DNA of 63,675 bases, counting the filler, from Octopus bimaculoides (taxonomy: Eukaryota), in the NCBI RefSeq assembly GCF_001194135.2. It is 5 parts of 5 records of this genome, joined end to end, with 100 filler letters (N's around TTAATTAATTAA, not from the genome) between each part and the next. Parts side by side here need not be neighbours in the genome. Positions count along the whole stretch, not along the records: positions 31,842 to 50,541 come from NC_068993.1; 4 more parts are not named here. The stretch is one strand, 5' to 3'. A model generated the notes under the pieces. That model was not told the origin of the DNA and did not search any database. It was given only the letters and a program-made list of their open reading frames with translations. Made by a program: the position numbers and the translations under genes. Below are positions 36,234 to 49,127 of the stretch, piece after piece; the stretch's first letter is position 1, and each line of letters opens with the position of its first letter.

Positions 36234-37267
36234 NNNNNNNNNNNNNNNNNNNNNNNNNNNNNNNNNNNNNNNNNNNNNNNNNNNNNNNNNNNNNNNNNNN
36301 NNNNNNNNNNNNNNNNNNNNNNNNNNNNNNNNNNNNNNNNNNNNNNNNNNNNNNNNNNNNNNNNNNNNNNNNNNNNNNNNNNNNNNNNNNNNNNNNNNNN
36401 NNNNNNNNNNNNNNNNNNNNNNNNNNNNNNNNNNNNNNNNNNNNNNNNNNNNNNNNNNNNNNNNNNNNNNNNNNNNNNNNNNNNNNNNNNNNNNNNNNNN
36501 NNNNNNNNNNNNNNNNNNNNNNNNNNNNNNNNNNNNNNNNNNNNNNNNNNNNNNNNNNNNNNNNNNNNNNNNNNNNNNNNNNNNNNNNNNNNNNNNNNNN
36601 NNNNNNNNNNNNNNNNNNNNNNNNNNNNNNNNNNNNNNNNNNNNNNNNNNNNNNNNNNNNNNNNNNNNNNNNNNNNNNNNNNNNNNNNNNNNNNNNNNNN
36701 NNNNNNNNNNNNNNNNNNNNNNNNNNNNNNNNNNNNNNNNNNNNNNNNNNNNNNNNNNNNNNNNNNNNNNNNNNNNNNNNNNNNNNNNNNNNNNNNNNNN
36801 NNNNNNNNNNNNNNNNNNNNNNNNNNNNNNNNNNNNNNNNNNNNNNNNNNNNNNNNNNNNNNNNNNNNNNNNNNNNNNNNNNNNNNNNNNNNNNNNNNNN
36901 NNNNNNNNNNNNNNNNNNNNNNNNNNNNNNNNNNNNNNNNNNNNNNNNNNNNNNNNNNNNNNNNNNNNNNNNNNNNNNNNNNNNNNNNNNNNNNNNNNNN
37001 NNNNNNNNNNNNNNNNNNNNNNNNNNNNNNNNNNNNNNNNNNNNNNNNNNNNNNNNNNNNATGCTCGCCGTCATCATCACAATCATCATCATCATCACCA
37101 CCACCACCACCACCATCATCATCGTCAACGTCGTCATTGTCATCATCAACATTATTGCAGAGTGACAGAAGATGAGTATTGAATACAGAAGAGAGGTGAA
37201 AGCTGGAAAGAAATGAGATGTGTCTGCTTCACTCGATGAAAAATGTCAGCATGGATCTTCTGTTATT

Positions 37268-37470
37268 CTGTTATTCTTTTATTCTTTTACTAGTTTCAGT
37301 TATTGAGTGGTGGTCATACTAGAGCATCACTTTGAAGGATTTTTGTCAAACAAATCAAACTCAAATACTTATTTTTAAGTTTGGTACTTAATCCATCAGT
37401 CTCCTTTGTTCGACTGCTAAGTTATGGACGTGAACTAACCAACAAGTTTTAACATGTGTTGAGACACAAA
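37268..37470 (-). mobile_element. SINE family B tail, degenerate
   Basis: tagtttcagttattgagtggtggtcatactagagcatcactttgaagg...ctgctaagttatggacgtgaac. Confidence 0.65.
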
Positions 37471-37693
37471 CATAAGCACATAGACGCACACTCACATATA
37501 CATACACACATGCACACATGCACACACACACGCACAGGCAGACACACGTGCACACACACATGTGCACACACACGTGCACACATACACATGCACACACACA
37601 CACACGAGCATGCACACACACGCTCATGCGCATGCACACACATGCTCATGCGCATGCACACACACATACATATGGATATATTTTTGATTTGTA

Positions 37694-38113
37694 TCCTTTA
37701 CTTGTTTCATTCATTAGACTGTGGCCATGCTGGAGCACCACCTTGGAGAATTTTTAGTTGAATGAATCAGCCCCAGTGCTTATTTTTTCTTTAAGTCTGG
37801 AACCCATTCTAGTGGCCTCTTTTTGCTGACCCGGTAATTTACAAGGACGAGGGATGTAAACACACCAACACCAGTTGTCAAGTGGTGGGTGAGACAGACA
37901 CATAGATACATACACAAAAAAACCCACACCACACACACACACACATTTACAATGCACTTCTTTCAATTTCTGTCTACCAAATCCACTCACAAGGTTTTGG
38001 TCTGCTCAAGGCTATATAGTAGAAAATACTTGCCCAAGGTGCCATGCAACAGGACTGAACCTGGAACCATGCTGTTGGGATGCAATCTTTCTATCACACA
38101 GCCATACCTGTGC
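37694..38113 (-). mobile_element. SINE family B, full length
   Basis: Tail (tgtggccatgctggagcacc), internal (CA)n and head (tacttgcccaaggtgcc..gaacctggaaccatg) are collinear. Confidence 0.85.
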
Positions 38114-38228
38114 CGACATAATTATTTTTAAGAAATTCTTCAAGCAAAGCAGGTGAGAAATTATGAAAAATATGTAAAGTGATACCAATACACAAAGACA
38201 AAGAAAATATACTGGATTACCATCCATG

Positions 38229-38425
38229 GGTTGTTTAACGCCTCTATTATATTTTGGGAAAGCTTTCCTTTATCAAATATAAGATAGAAAATAATCCAAG
38301 ACTTTGGTGGACCATTCTGAAGTGTTTGGTTGATGATAATAGGCTTGTTCTGAACTTTTGGATTATTTTCTATCTCAAAAGATAAAGAAAGCTTTCCAAA
38401 AATATAATAGATGCATTAAGCAACC
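38229..38425. repeat. Inverted repeat (arms about 38229-38303 and 38354-38425)
   Basis: ggttgtttaacgcctctattatattttgggaaagctttcc..gatagaaaataatcca versus reverse complement ggttgcttaatgcatctattatatttttggaaagctttc..gatagaaaataatcca. Confidence 0.88.
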
Positions 38426-38747
38426 TATTTAAGGTGATAAAATATCTTTTCTTTGTTTTTATTTATTAGGATCATCTTACACAATTTCCCTAATTTCACA
38501 CCTGCATTGCTTAAACACACCCACTCACACACATACAGCCAGACAGCCAGCCAGACAAACAGACACAGACACACACACACATGGATATACAAGCGGAAAT
38601 CTGTGAACATTCAAAGAGTCGATACAGAAGAATTTTAATACAAGAAGATTATTTAAGATTTGTATTAAAATACCATACTTTCTCCCCTTAATTTTCTGTG
38701 TCTTTGCTCTCTGTAAATCAGTTCTGTTAATATATATAAATATCTAG

Positions 38748-38892
38748 TGAGTTCAAATTCCACTTAGGTCAACTTTGCTTTTCATCCTTACGGGGTCGAT
38801 TTATTAAGTACCAGTTGCATACTGGAGTCGATCTAATCAACTGGCCTCCTCCCCAAAAATTTCAGGCTGTGCGCCTAGAGTAGAAAAAAAAA
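38748..38892 (+). mobile_element. SINE family A, 5'-truncated (tail type 1)
   Basis: tgagttcaaattcc..ttttcatccttacggggtcgat..aagtaccagttgcatactgg..tttcaggctgtgcgcctagagtagaaa. Confidence 0.8.
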
Positions 38893-39407
38893 TAAAAGAA
38901 CAAACATCTAGATGTATATACATGAATAATCATCTTCTGAATATCTTCAGTTTTGTTTCTCTCTATTTACATGTATATCTATATTTATATTTTATATATC
39001 AAGCCTAAGTGCTTCTGCTTGTTTATTTGTATTATTATTTCCATATCTACTCATCTTGATTCCTCTTATAGCCATTCTTTACCTCAAAGACCTTATCTTC
39101 GGAAATGGTTTCAGAATGTAAGTTCAAATCATTTGAGAGCTAAGTGTTTTCTATACTGAGCATCTCTGAATCTAATCTGTTGATTTTNNNNNNNNNNNNN
39201 NNNNNNNNNNNNNNNNNNNNNNNNNNNNNNNNNNNNNNNNNNNNNNNNNNNNNNNNNNNNNNNNNNNNNNNNNNNNNNNNNNNNNNNNNNNNNNNNNNNN
39301 NNNNNNNNNNNNNNNNNNNNNNNNNNNNNNNNNNNNNNNNNNNNNNNNNNNNNNNNNNNNNNNNNNNNNNNNNNNNNNNNNNNNNNNNNNNNNNNNNNNN
39401 NNNNNNN

Positions 39408-39580
39408 CACATTTTGAATTGAAATTTCGCGGAGGTTCACTTTGCCTTTCATCCTTTCGGGGGTCGATTAAATAAGTACCAGTTACGCTCCGGGGTCGAT
39501 ATAATTGACTTCATCCGTTTGTCTGTCCTTGTTTGTCCCCTCTGTGTGTAACTCCTTGTGGGCAGTAAAGAAATAAGAAT
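39408..39580 (+). mobile_element. SINE family A (tail type 3), 5' end in gap
   Basis: ctttgcctttcatcctttcgggggtcgatt..tttgtctgtccttgtttgtcccctctgtg..aaagaaataag. Confidence 0.8.
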
Positions 39581-40589
39581 AGGAACTTTTATATGTTTTC
39601 AAAATGTTTTCCATAAATGAACTTAAAGGATATGTATACACATATGTATGTACATGTGAATATATATATGTATGTGTGTATATGTATATGTATGCATGTA
39701 TGTATATGCACATGCGCATTCATACAACAATATACTACAAATGGTTAGGCATTTATTTACTCATACACTGGAACGAGTATTCTGCTATTTCTTCTGTAGT
39801 CTTGCAATTTCTTTCCTCAACGTTTGCAGTATGATCGTCTCTTCACCATCGTTGCTACCTCCACCACCACCGCCACCACCACCACCACCACCACCACCNN
39901 NNNNNNNNNNNNNNNNNNNNNNNNNNNNNNNNNNNNNNNNNNNNNNNNNNNNNNNNNNNNNNNNNNNNNNNNNNNNNNNNNNNNNNNNNNNNNNNNNNNN
40001 NNNNNNNNNNNNNNNNNNNNNNNNNNNNNNNNNNNNNNNNNNNNNNNNNNNNNNNNNNNNNNNNNNNNNNNNNNNNNNNNNNNNNNNNNNNNNNNNNNNN
40101 NNNNNNNNNNNNNNNNNNNNNNNNNNNNNNNNNNNNNNNNNNNNNNNNNNNNNNNNNNNNNNNNNNNNNNNNNNNNNNNNNNNNNNNNNNNNNNNNNNNN
40201 NNNNNNNNNNNNNNNNNNNNNNNNNNNNNNNNNNNNNNNNNNNNNNNNNNNNNNNNNNNNNNNNNNNNNNNNNNNNNNNNNNNNNNNNNNNNNNNNNNNN
40301 NNNNNNNNNNNNNNNNNNNNNNNNNNNNNNNNNNNNNNNNNNNNNNNNNNNNNNNNNNNNNNNNNNNNNNNNNNNNNNNNNNNNNNNNNNNNNNNNNNNN
40401 NNNNNNNNNNNNNNNNNNNNNNNNNNNNNNNNNNNNNNNNNNNNNNNNNNNNNNNNNNNNNNNNNNNNNNNNNNNNNNNNNNNNNNNNNNNNNNNNNNNN
40501 NNNNNNNNNNNNNNNNNNNNNNNNNNNNNNNNNNNNNNNNNNNNNNNNNNNNNNNNNNNNNNNNNNNNNNNNNNNNNNNNNNNNNNNNA

Positions 40590-42490
40590 TGGGGATGATG
40601 ATAATGATGACAATGATGACGGTTATGATGATGATGGTGATGATGAAAATGGTAATGGTAATGGTTATATGACGATGATGATGATGACGGTGATGGTGGT
40701 GATGACGATGATGATGAGGAGGAGGGGACAACGACAATGATGATGATGATGATCACAATGATGATGGTGATGGTGATGATGATGGTGATGATAATGATGA
40801 CGATGACGGTGATGATGAAAATGATAATGGTAATGNNNNNNNNNNGAAGAAGAAGAAGAAGAAGAAGAAGAAGAAGAAGAAAACAACAACAACAATAACA
40901 ATTACTACCACTACTATGACGACGACAAAGACAACAACAATAGCAAGAATATCTTATGTTGTCACGTGTCCGCAACATTTTCTAATATGCTTCGATGCCC
41001 TCCCTCTTTATGCTCTTCAGTACATTCAGATATGGCGCTTAGCTTATCGATCCCGCAAGGATGAAAAGAAACACAGTTGACCCAAGTGGAATTTTCAAAA
41101 TTTTGAAATTGGAATTTTAAAGAAATGAAATGAAATCTTGTAAATTTTTCGATGTGACAGACAGACAACCTTTATTTAATGCTGATGATGACGATGAGGA
41201 GGATGATGGGGATGATGATAATGATGACAATGATGACGGTTATGATGATGATGGTGATGATGAAAATGGTAATGGTAATGGTTATATGACGATGATGATG
41301 ATGACGGTGATGGTGGTGATGACGATAATGAGGAGGAGGAGGGGACAACGACAATGATGATGATGATGATCACAATGATGATGGTGATGGTGATGATGAT
41401 GGTGATGATAATGATGACGATGACGGTGATGATGAAAATGATAATGGTAATGGTTATATGACGATGATGATGATGACGGTGATGGTGGTGATGATAACGA
41501 TGAAGATGAGGAGGTTAATGGTAATGATAATAATGGTAATGATGGCGATGAAGAGGAGGAGGGGACGACGACAATGATGATGATGATGATCGTGATGATG
41601 ATGATGATGACAGTGATGATGGTGATGGTGATGTTGATGATGATGATGGTGATGTTGATGATGGTGATGATGATGGTGATGATTATGATAATGTAAATGA
41701 GATGGTGGTTAGTTACTACACTATCTATCAGCCTGCTAGAAACAGCAGCAAAATCTTTAGATCGCATATTGCTATCTTATAAAAACAAAAAGAAAACAAT
41801 AAAAAAAAAACCAACATATTTAACGATAAAGTTCTGGATGCATTGTGTGTAGGACAAAAAAAATAATAAAATAAAAATACAGGATTGTCATGTCTGGAAT
41901 GCATTGGTAATAAGATTATGGCATCAAGGATGGTTTGGAGCAATTCAATAATAACAATAGTGAAGGAGATGATAATTATGATGATGATGTTGATGATGAT
42001 AATGAGACTGATGATGGTATTGGTGGTGGTGGTGATAGTGTTGATGATGATAATGATTATGGTGGGGATGTTGATGATAATGAAGATCATGCTGATGATG
42101 CTGATGACAATGACAATGATAATGATGAGGATGATGACAATAGCAGTGATGACGATGATAATGTTGATAATGAGGATAATGATGACGATGACGGCAATGA
42201 CAGCAGTGATGTTGATGAATATGGAGATGGGAAGATGGTGATCATGTTGATAGTGGTGGTGGTGGTGATGGTGGTGGTGGCGGTGGTGGTGGTAGTGGTG
42301 GTGGTGGTGGTGATGATGATGATGGTGATGATGATGGCAATGATGATGATGATGACAATGATGATGACAGTGATAATGATGATATTGACAATAGAAATGA
42401 GGAAGATGATGATCATATTGACAGTGATAGTAGTGGTGTTGACGATGACGACGACAATGCTATTGGTGATGATGACGATGATGACGACAG
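40590..42490. repeat. Extended degenerate (GAT/GAC/AAT/GGT) triplet tracts, with a duplicated block of about 245 bp
   Basis: Low-complexity triplet sequence. 40590-40835 recurs at about 41205-41452. Confidence 0.85.
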
Positions 42491-43226
42491 CGATTTATTT
42501 TTACTTTTTTCCCCAGACCCAGAAAATTTGCGTTGTTGCTCCAGATGATGATTCTTGTACGACACTCATAATTGCCATCAACAATTATTGACAGTAGGTA
42601 ATTAACGATTTAGTCACTAAATATAGAGGGTGCTTTATTATTCTACACGAAAACAAGAGAGATGGAGGTGGAGGTCAATTGACCCCCATAAGAAATTGGT
42701 CATAAGCTAAAAGTGTGTATGAAAACATTATATGACACATCAATTCTGCTGGCAATGAGAATCGCAATTTAGGCAAAAAAGGGGGAAAAAAAAAGAGAAA
42801 ATGCCTCGATATATATTTTCTAAATGAAGTGTTTAAGTGGAACAGTTTGAGGCTGTCCAGTTATGAGTCAGTGAAGGGGTTGGCATGAGTATATTAATTA
42901 CGGGGAGACTTAATTAAGACCTAAGGTTGGAGGAGAGCTATTAATCTCTAAGTTGAAATTGCTTATAGAAGTATTAAGGTATTAAGAATGCTGATTTGGT
43001 AATTGCATGCATTTACACTCATATATACACATATACAATCAAAACGTATAGAATTTGTGTGCATGTATGTGTGTGAGTGTGTGTGTGTGCATGTCCATTC
43101 CAACAAGTGTATATGTATATGCATGATGATCTGTTCATATATATGCATATATATACATTAGCCAATATGCATACATACATACATACATACTTGCACACAC
43201 ACAATATATACATACATATATATATA

Positions 43227-43370
43227 GGGTGGCGAGCTGGCAGAATCATTAGCATGCCGGGCGAAATACTTAACGGTATTTCGTCTGCCTCTACATTCTG
43301 AATTCAAATTCCGCCGAGGTTGACTTTGCCTTTCATCCTTTCAGAGTCGATTAAATAAGTACCAGTTACG
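43227..43370 (+). mobile_element. SINE family A, 3' end in gap
   Basis: ggtggcgagctggcagaatcattagcatgccgggcgaaat...gcctttcatcctttcagagtcgattaaataagtaccagtt. Confidence 0.85.
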
Positions 43371-43380
43371 NNNNNNNNNN

Positions 43381-43445
<65 letters not shown>

Positions 43446-44317
43446 GATAGATAAATAGATGGATAGATAGGTACATACAGACATACATATGCATACATAT
43501 AAGCACATATATATTCACTATATATACATTCACTTATAAGAGTGCATATACCTACATACGCAGGCTTTCCTTTTATCAACGAGTGTTGATCATTCAAATT
43601 GTTTATGTTGGTAGAGAAAATCTTTCTCCGTAGTAATTTTTCTTCTTCTTCTCCTTCGTTGAGAGAAAATATGGAGGTTTCTATGCAGAAGCCATGTTTT
43701 GCTATTGAATTCGCAATGAAGGAAGGGATGCAGGCTTTCTGACATCCACAGATGGCCACAGGTTGCTTAAAGAGAGGACTTCATTAATGAGAGCAATGTG
43801 CAAGGGATGAAGAAATTTAAAGAAGAGGAAACCAGCATTGAGGACAAACTGTTGCTTGTTTCATCTTCAAAGCTAGGAGATAGTTCATTGTAACCACTGA
43901 CAGTAGTATGGACCATAGTAGAATGGGCGACTGCACTGTGACAGTGTATCATTGCATCCGGGTGGATGGCATTTTTGCATCACTCAGGCAATAACCCTCC
44001 AACTTGTGGGTCTGTCTGGCCTGTTATTATTGCTGGTTGAGGGTTTTACGAGGTCAAAGTGCAAATCCTACCTCACCTTATTTTAGTTGCCTTCTCAGCA
44101 CACAAAAGAAATGCTGGGTTTATTCTTTGACATTCTGGTCTTCACACTGCAGTAGAACAACATGAAATGAAGTGTTACCTGGTTCAGGAATTGAACCTAT
44201 GATCTGGTGATTTTGAGAGCAACACCCTAACCATTTGGATAAGTGCTTTCACATATAATAGACAAATCAAAATCTGTGAGATTGCTACACAACTGGACTA
44301 TACTCTTTTTTTTTTTT

Positions 44318-44760
44318 AATCTTTTACTCTTTTACTTGTTTCATTCATTTGACTGTGGCCATGCTGGAGCACCGCCTTTAGTCGAGCAAATCGACCCCAG
44401 GACTTTGTAAGCCTAGTACTTATTCTATTGGTCTCTTTTGCTGNNNNNNNNNNNNNNNNNNNNNNNNNNNNNNNNNNNNNNNNNNNNNNNNNNNNNNNNN
44501 NNNNNNNNNNNNNNNNNNNNNNNNNNNNNNNNNNNNNNNNNNNNNNNNNNNNNNNNNNNNNNNNNTCAAACATAGACACACAAACACACACACACACACA
44601 TATATATGACAGGCTTCTTTCAGTTTCCGTTTACCAAATCCACTCACAAAGCTTTGGTCGGCCTGAGGCTATAGTAAAAGACACTTGCCCAAAGTGCCAT
44701 ACAGTGGGACTGAACCCGGAACCATGTGGTTGATAAGCGAGCTACTTACCACACAGCCAT
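44318..44760 (-). mobile_element. SINE family B, full length with internal gap
   Basis: Tail tactcttttacttgtttc..gtggccatgctggagcaccgcc and head cttctttcagtttccg..gaacccggaaccatgtggtt. Confidence 0.88.
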
Positions 44761-44829
44761 ATTTCAAGATATTTTTATGTAATTTTGGTAACTATATCTG
44801 TTAAAATGAGATGTCAATGTTATTTTCAA

Positions 44830-44960
44830 TCAAATCCACTTGCAAAGCCTTGATTGGCTTGGGGGCTATAGTAGAAGACACTTCCCCAAGGTGCCACACA
44901 GTGGGACTGAACCCAGAACCATGTGGTTGGGAAGCAAACTTCTTACCACACAGCCATACA
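44830..44960 (-). mobile_element. SINE family B head
   Basis: aaatccacttgcaaagcc..tagtagaagacacttccccaaggtgcc..gaacccagaaccatgtggttgggaagcaaacttcttacc. Confidence 0.85.
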
Positions 44961-45636
44961 GGAAAACTAAGCAAACAAACTTTGAACTTGCCTATTTTAG
45001 TTCCCGTTACCATAACAACTATTTTGATGGGGATTTTGTCAAATTCTTCCTATAAGCAATACCATGCAATTTGTTTTGTTTTTTTCAGTAATTCTTGCAT
45101 AATTCTTGAGAATTCTGTGGACTCATTCACCTCATGTATGAGCAGATATAAAAAGTACAATGATGGAGGTGGTGCTGCTGGAGAAGATGAAGAAGCTGGA
45201 TAATAATGATGGGAATGCTGGTGATGAAATAGGCAATAATGATGCTGATAATAGTGGTGGAGGTGGTGGTGGTGATGGTGATGTTAATGATGATGATGAT
45301 GACAAGGATGGTATTGGTGATAGTCGTGGTGGTGATGATGATGATGATGACGACGATGATAATGAGGAAGAGGACAAGGATGACAATAATGATGATGATG
45401 ATAATGATAATGACGATGATGATGATGACAATGATGATGATGACGATGATAATGACTTTTGTTGTTAAATTTGTCTGACAATGCAAATTCTTTGTTATAA
45501 TAAATAAAAATAATAAAAATAAAGACATGAAACACAATGACATAAAAAAAAGAAATGAAAGAGCAAAGGGGAGAGGTGGGGGAGGTGGGGGAGAGAAGGG
45601 AGAAAGTTAAGGAACCTGAAGAAAGAAAAATTAAAA

Positions 45637-45672
<36 letters not shown>

Positions 45673-46339
45673 GGGTGGGGAGGCAAGTCTGAGGAAGAAG
45701 GCAAAGGAGAAAGAGCAAGACAGTGAAAGAAAGAAGGGAGTTAGTGTATGAGGGATGCAAATATCTAACAGGCAGATTCTCAAGGGTACTGCAAGGTGGT
45801 TATAATTAGAACTATCTGCAAATGTGTTTCTGCTGCAAGGGAAAATTGCAGCCAAAAAACCAAAAACCAAAAATAAATAAACTAATAAAAAAAAATGAAT
45901 AAAGAAAGCGAAAAGAAAAGAAAGAAAAGAAATGCTATGCATTTTTAAATTGTGAAATATTTCACGAAGCACTGTTCACATGCCACCTTGTGTTGATGGA
46001 AACATGCATACATTTAATTAGTGACTCACTCAAGCCCTTTGATATCAAGGCAGCTGTTTCTTTACTCGGGGTAGCCATCTCTTCAGATTTTGGGAAAACA
46101 AAAACAACAAGGATTAAGAAGCGGGGGAGGGGAGGGTCGATGAGGGTTGAGTGTGGGGGGAAGTGAAGAAATATGCTCCTTCTTACATAAACATATGCAC
46201 ACACACACACGCACACGCACACACATACATGTACAAGTATATACCTCCCCCACCACGACCATCACCACCAGTGAGATTGATANNNNNNNNNNCATGTATA
46301 TACCTCCCCCACCACGACCATCACCACCAGTGAGATTGG

Positions 46340-46960
46340 TAACAATGGCAGCAACACCAATGACAACACAGCGACAGCGATAGAAACAATGTCAACAAAC
46401 AGTAACATTGACATCAGCAATAATAACACAACAACGTCCACCACAATAACAAAAGCTTCGACAGCAATAACAACAACAACAACATCAATAACTTTGCAAC
46501 AACTACTATAAAATCAATAGCAACAACAACATCGACAGCGATAACAGCAACAATAGCAACAGTACCCGCCACAATAGCAATAAAAACAACATCAACAACT
46601 TCAAAATCAGTTGCAACAACAACTATAAAATCGATAGCAACAACAACATCGGCAGTGATAACAGCAACATTAGCAACAACCAGAGCAATATCATCAGCTT
46701 CAAAAGCAACGAAAATGTAACCAACACCAAACATTAGCACCAACGATATCAACAACAATGATGACAACGTAATAGAGATTGCAATAATATCAACAAAATA
46801 GCAACGCAAACAAATAACTTCACCATCAGTAGCAATGACATCAAGAACAATAGCAACTGCAATGGATGCAACAATACTGGACAACATTAGCAACAGCAAC
46901 AATATGAAGAATGGCAACAACTTCAGTAGTGATAGCAACAATTAAAAGCACTACAATAAC
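46340..46960. repeat. Degenerate (ACA/GCA/ATA) triplet tract with an internal duplication of about 120 bp
   Basis: actataaaatc(a/g)atagcaacaacaacatcg(a/g)cag(c/t)gataacagcaaca occurs at about 46504 and 46623. Confidence 0.8.
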
Positions 46961-47857
46961 AATAAAAACAAACCTAAAAACAGGAATTAAATTTCAGAAC
47001 TACAAGGAGTAAAGAGGAGGGGGATATATTACACCCTCCCCTCTCTCTTTGCACACATACAAACACACACACACACTTGTACAGACTTCACATAAAGTTA
47101 AACGAACGTGATGACATGGACAAATTTGCTAGGGTCGCCAATATTTAATATAGTGAGAAATCAGATCTGTTTAATTTAAGCTGGGTCATTAGAGCATCAG
47201 AAATGATGCTTTGTGGTTTTGTGACAATTCTTTGACACCTGAGTTCAAATCCTGTCAAAGTTACATTTGCTTTTCGTCATTTTGGGTAGGGTGGGGTGGT
47301 TGAAAAATCTATGATGATGGATTGGTAGAACTGTAAGAAGATCAGACCAGATGACTTGAGGTATTTGTTCTGCCACTTTACAATCTGTGTTCAAACCCCA
47401 CCAAGGCCTGCCTAGGTGGCAGATTTAATTCAAACCTGTTTTAATGCCGTCACCTAGCCACTTAGGTGTTTTTAGCACTTCCACCCCAACAACTCTGTTA
47501 TAACTACCAGGCATGAGGATAACTTCCTTGTTCCTTTCCTCCAAGTGGTTTCTGAGGCTCTTTAATTTTGATTAACAATTTAATAAAGCACAGAGTGCAC
47601 CCCATCCATAATAAAGAGAAAATTCATTAACATGATAACTGTTGTCAGAAGCAAGAAAGAAATCTGGAATCCAAATTGATTTAACTCTTTAGCATTTAAA
47701 CCAGCTATATCTGGCCCAAATATTCTAATTGTTTGATATTCAAAATGTCTGCATCTGACCTCTCACACCTAACCTACAATGTCATTCTAAATATAAGCAA
47801 TCATATCATCAAAATCTCAAACATAAAAGATAATGCATGGTTAATTCAAAACAATGT

Positions 47858-48259
47858 GGAGTGGCCTTGTGGTAAGTAGCTTGCTTACCAACTACATGGT
47901 TCCGGGTTCAGTCCCCCTGCGTGGAACCTTGGGCAGGTGTCTTCTACTATAGCCTCAGGCCGACCAAAGCCTTGTGAGTGGATTTGGTAAACAGAAACTG
48001 AAAGAAGCCCGTCGTATATATATATATATGTATATATGTATGTGTGTTTGTGTGTTTGTGTTTGTCCCCCCACCATCACTTGACAACCGATGGTGGTGTG
48101 TTTACGTCCCTGTAACTTAGCGGTTCAACAAAAGAGACCGATAGAATAAGAACTAGGCTTCCAAAGAATAAGTCCTGGGGTCGATTTGCTCGACTAAAGG
48201 CGGTGCTCCAGCATGGCCACAGTCAAATGACTGAAACAAGTAAAAAAGTAAAGAGAGTA
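47858..48259 (+). mobile_element. SINE family B, best-preserved copy
   Basis: tRNA-like head (tgtggtaagtagcttgct; ggttccgggttcagtcc), CORE-like ccttgggcaggtgtctt, internal (TA)(TG)n, tail ending gactgaaacaagtaaaaaagtaa. Confidence 0.92.
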
Positions 48260-48964
48260 CATTAGGCAATAATCTGAATGTTAAACAAACAAAAAGGAGG
48301 AAGGAGTACAGTAGGATATTTGGCAATGAGGAAGGCAACTATGGACATGTTTCAGTATTATGAAACCTCTTTAACTCACTATAGGTTTATTTGTAGTTGA
48401 CAGATTTTAGAATGACTGAGAGGATATACAAGATTTTAGTAAAAGATAAAAGCAAAAGAAAGCAAAATAAAACAAAATAAATATCATTTAAAAGATTTGA
48501 CACCTAAAACTGATGACATGTGAATATTTTCCCAGTGATACAAATACTTATGGAACAACGGAAGCAACAACAATAGCTATACCACCACCACCACCACCTC
48601 CACCTCCACCAGCAGCAGCAACAACAACAACAACAACAAAAATTAAAATAGAAACTGAACTGAAATTCTGACAGTAACAATAACAAAATGAATACAAAGA
48701 AATAATAACAAAAATAACAACAACAATAACAATAAGAATTCAAGCAAAAGCAGCAACTGCAGGACTTACAACTAATACCACTGCTGCTACCAGCAAAACC
48801 ACCCACCAGCACCACCACCACCACCCTTCAATCTCGCTGCCACAACCACCACCACCATCACAACCAACACCAACACCAACACCAACACCAACACCAACAC
48901 CACCACGACTGTTGCGACTGCTTTTATGCTGAAGGTAAGAATGGATGTATTGTTATGAAGTTTG

Positions 48965-49100
48965 TTTTTCATCCAAATGGTTTGAGTTCAGTTTCGATGC
49001 ATGGCATCTTGGACAAAAGGCTTCTATTATAACCCTGGCACAACTAAAGACCTTGTGAAAGGATCTTGAAATGGAAACTAAAGCAAGCCCATCTTATACA
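48965..49100 (+). mobile_element. SINE family B head, degenerate
   Basis: atggtttgagttcagtttc..ggcatcttggacaaaaggcttctattata..ggaaactaaagcaagccc. Confidence 0.6.
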
Positions 49101-49127
49101 TGTAACTATGTGCCCAACGTCGCCTTC

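Noticed and set aside
41935-42591. 218-aa Asp/Asn-rich ORF resembling acidic biomineralisation proteins
   Set aside because: No signal peptide, it shifts into poly-V/M phase, and similar tracts occur throughout the window as degenerate triplet repeats.
47683-47850. ttaactcttttagcatttaaacc start reminiscent of a TTAA-type DNA element end
   Set aside because: No matching second terminus was found in the window.
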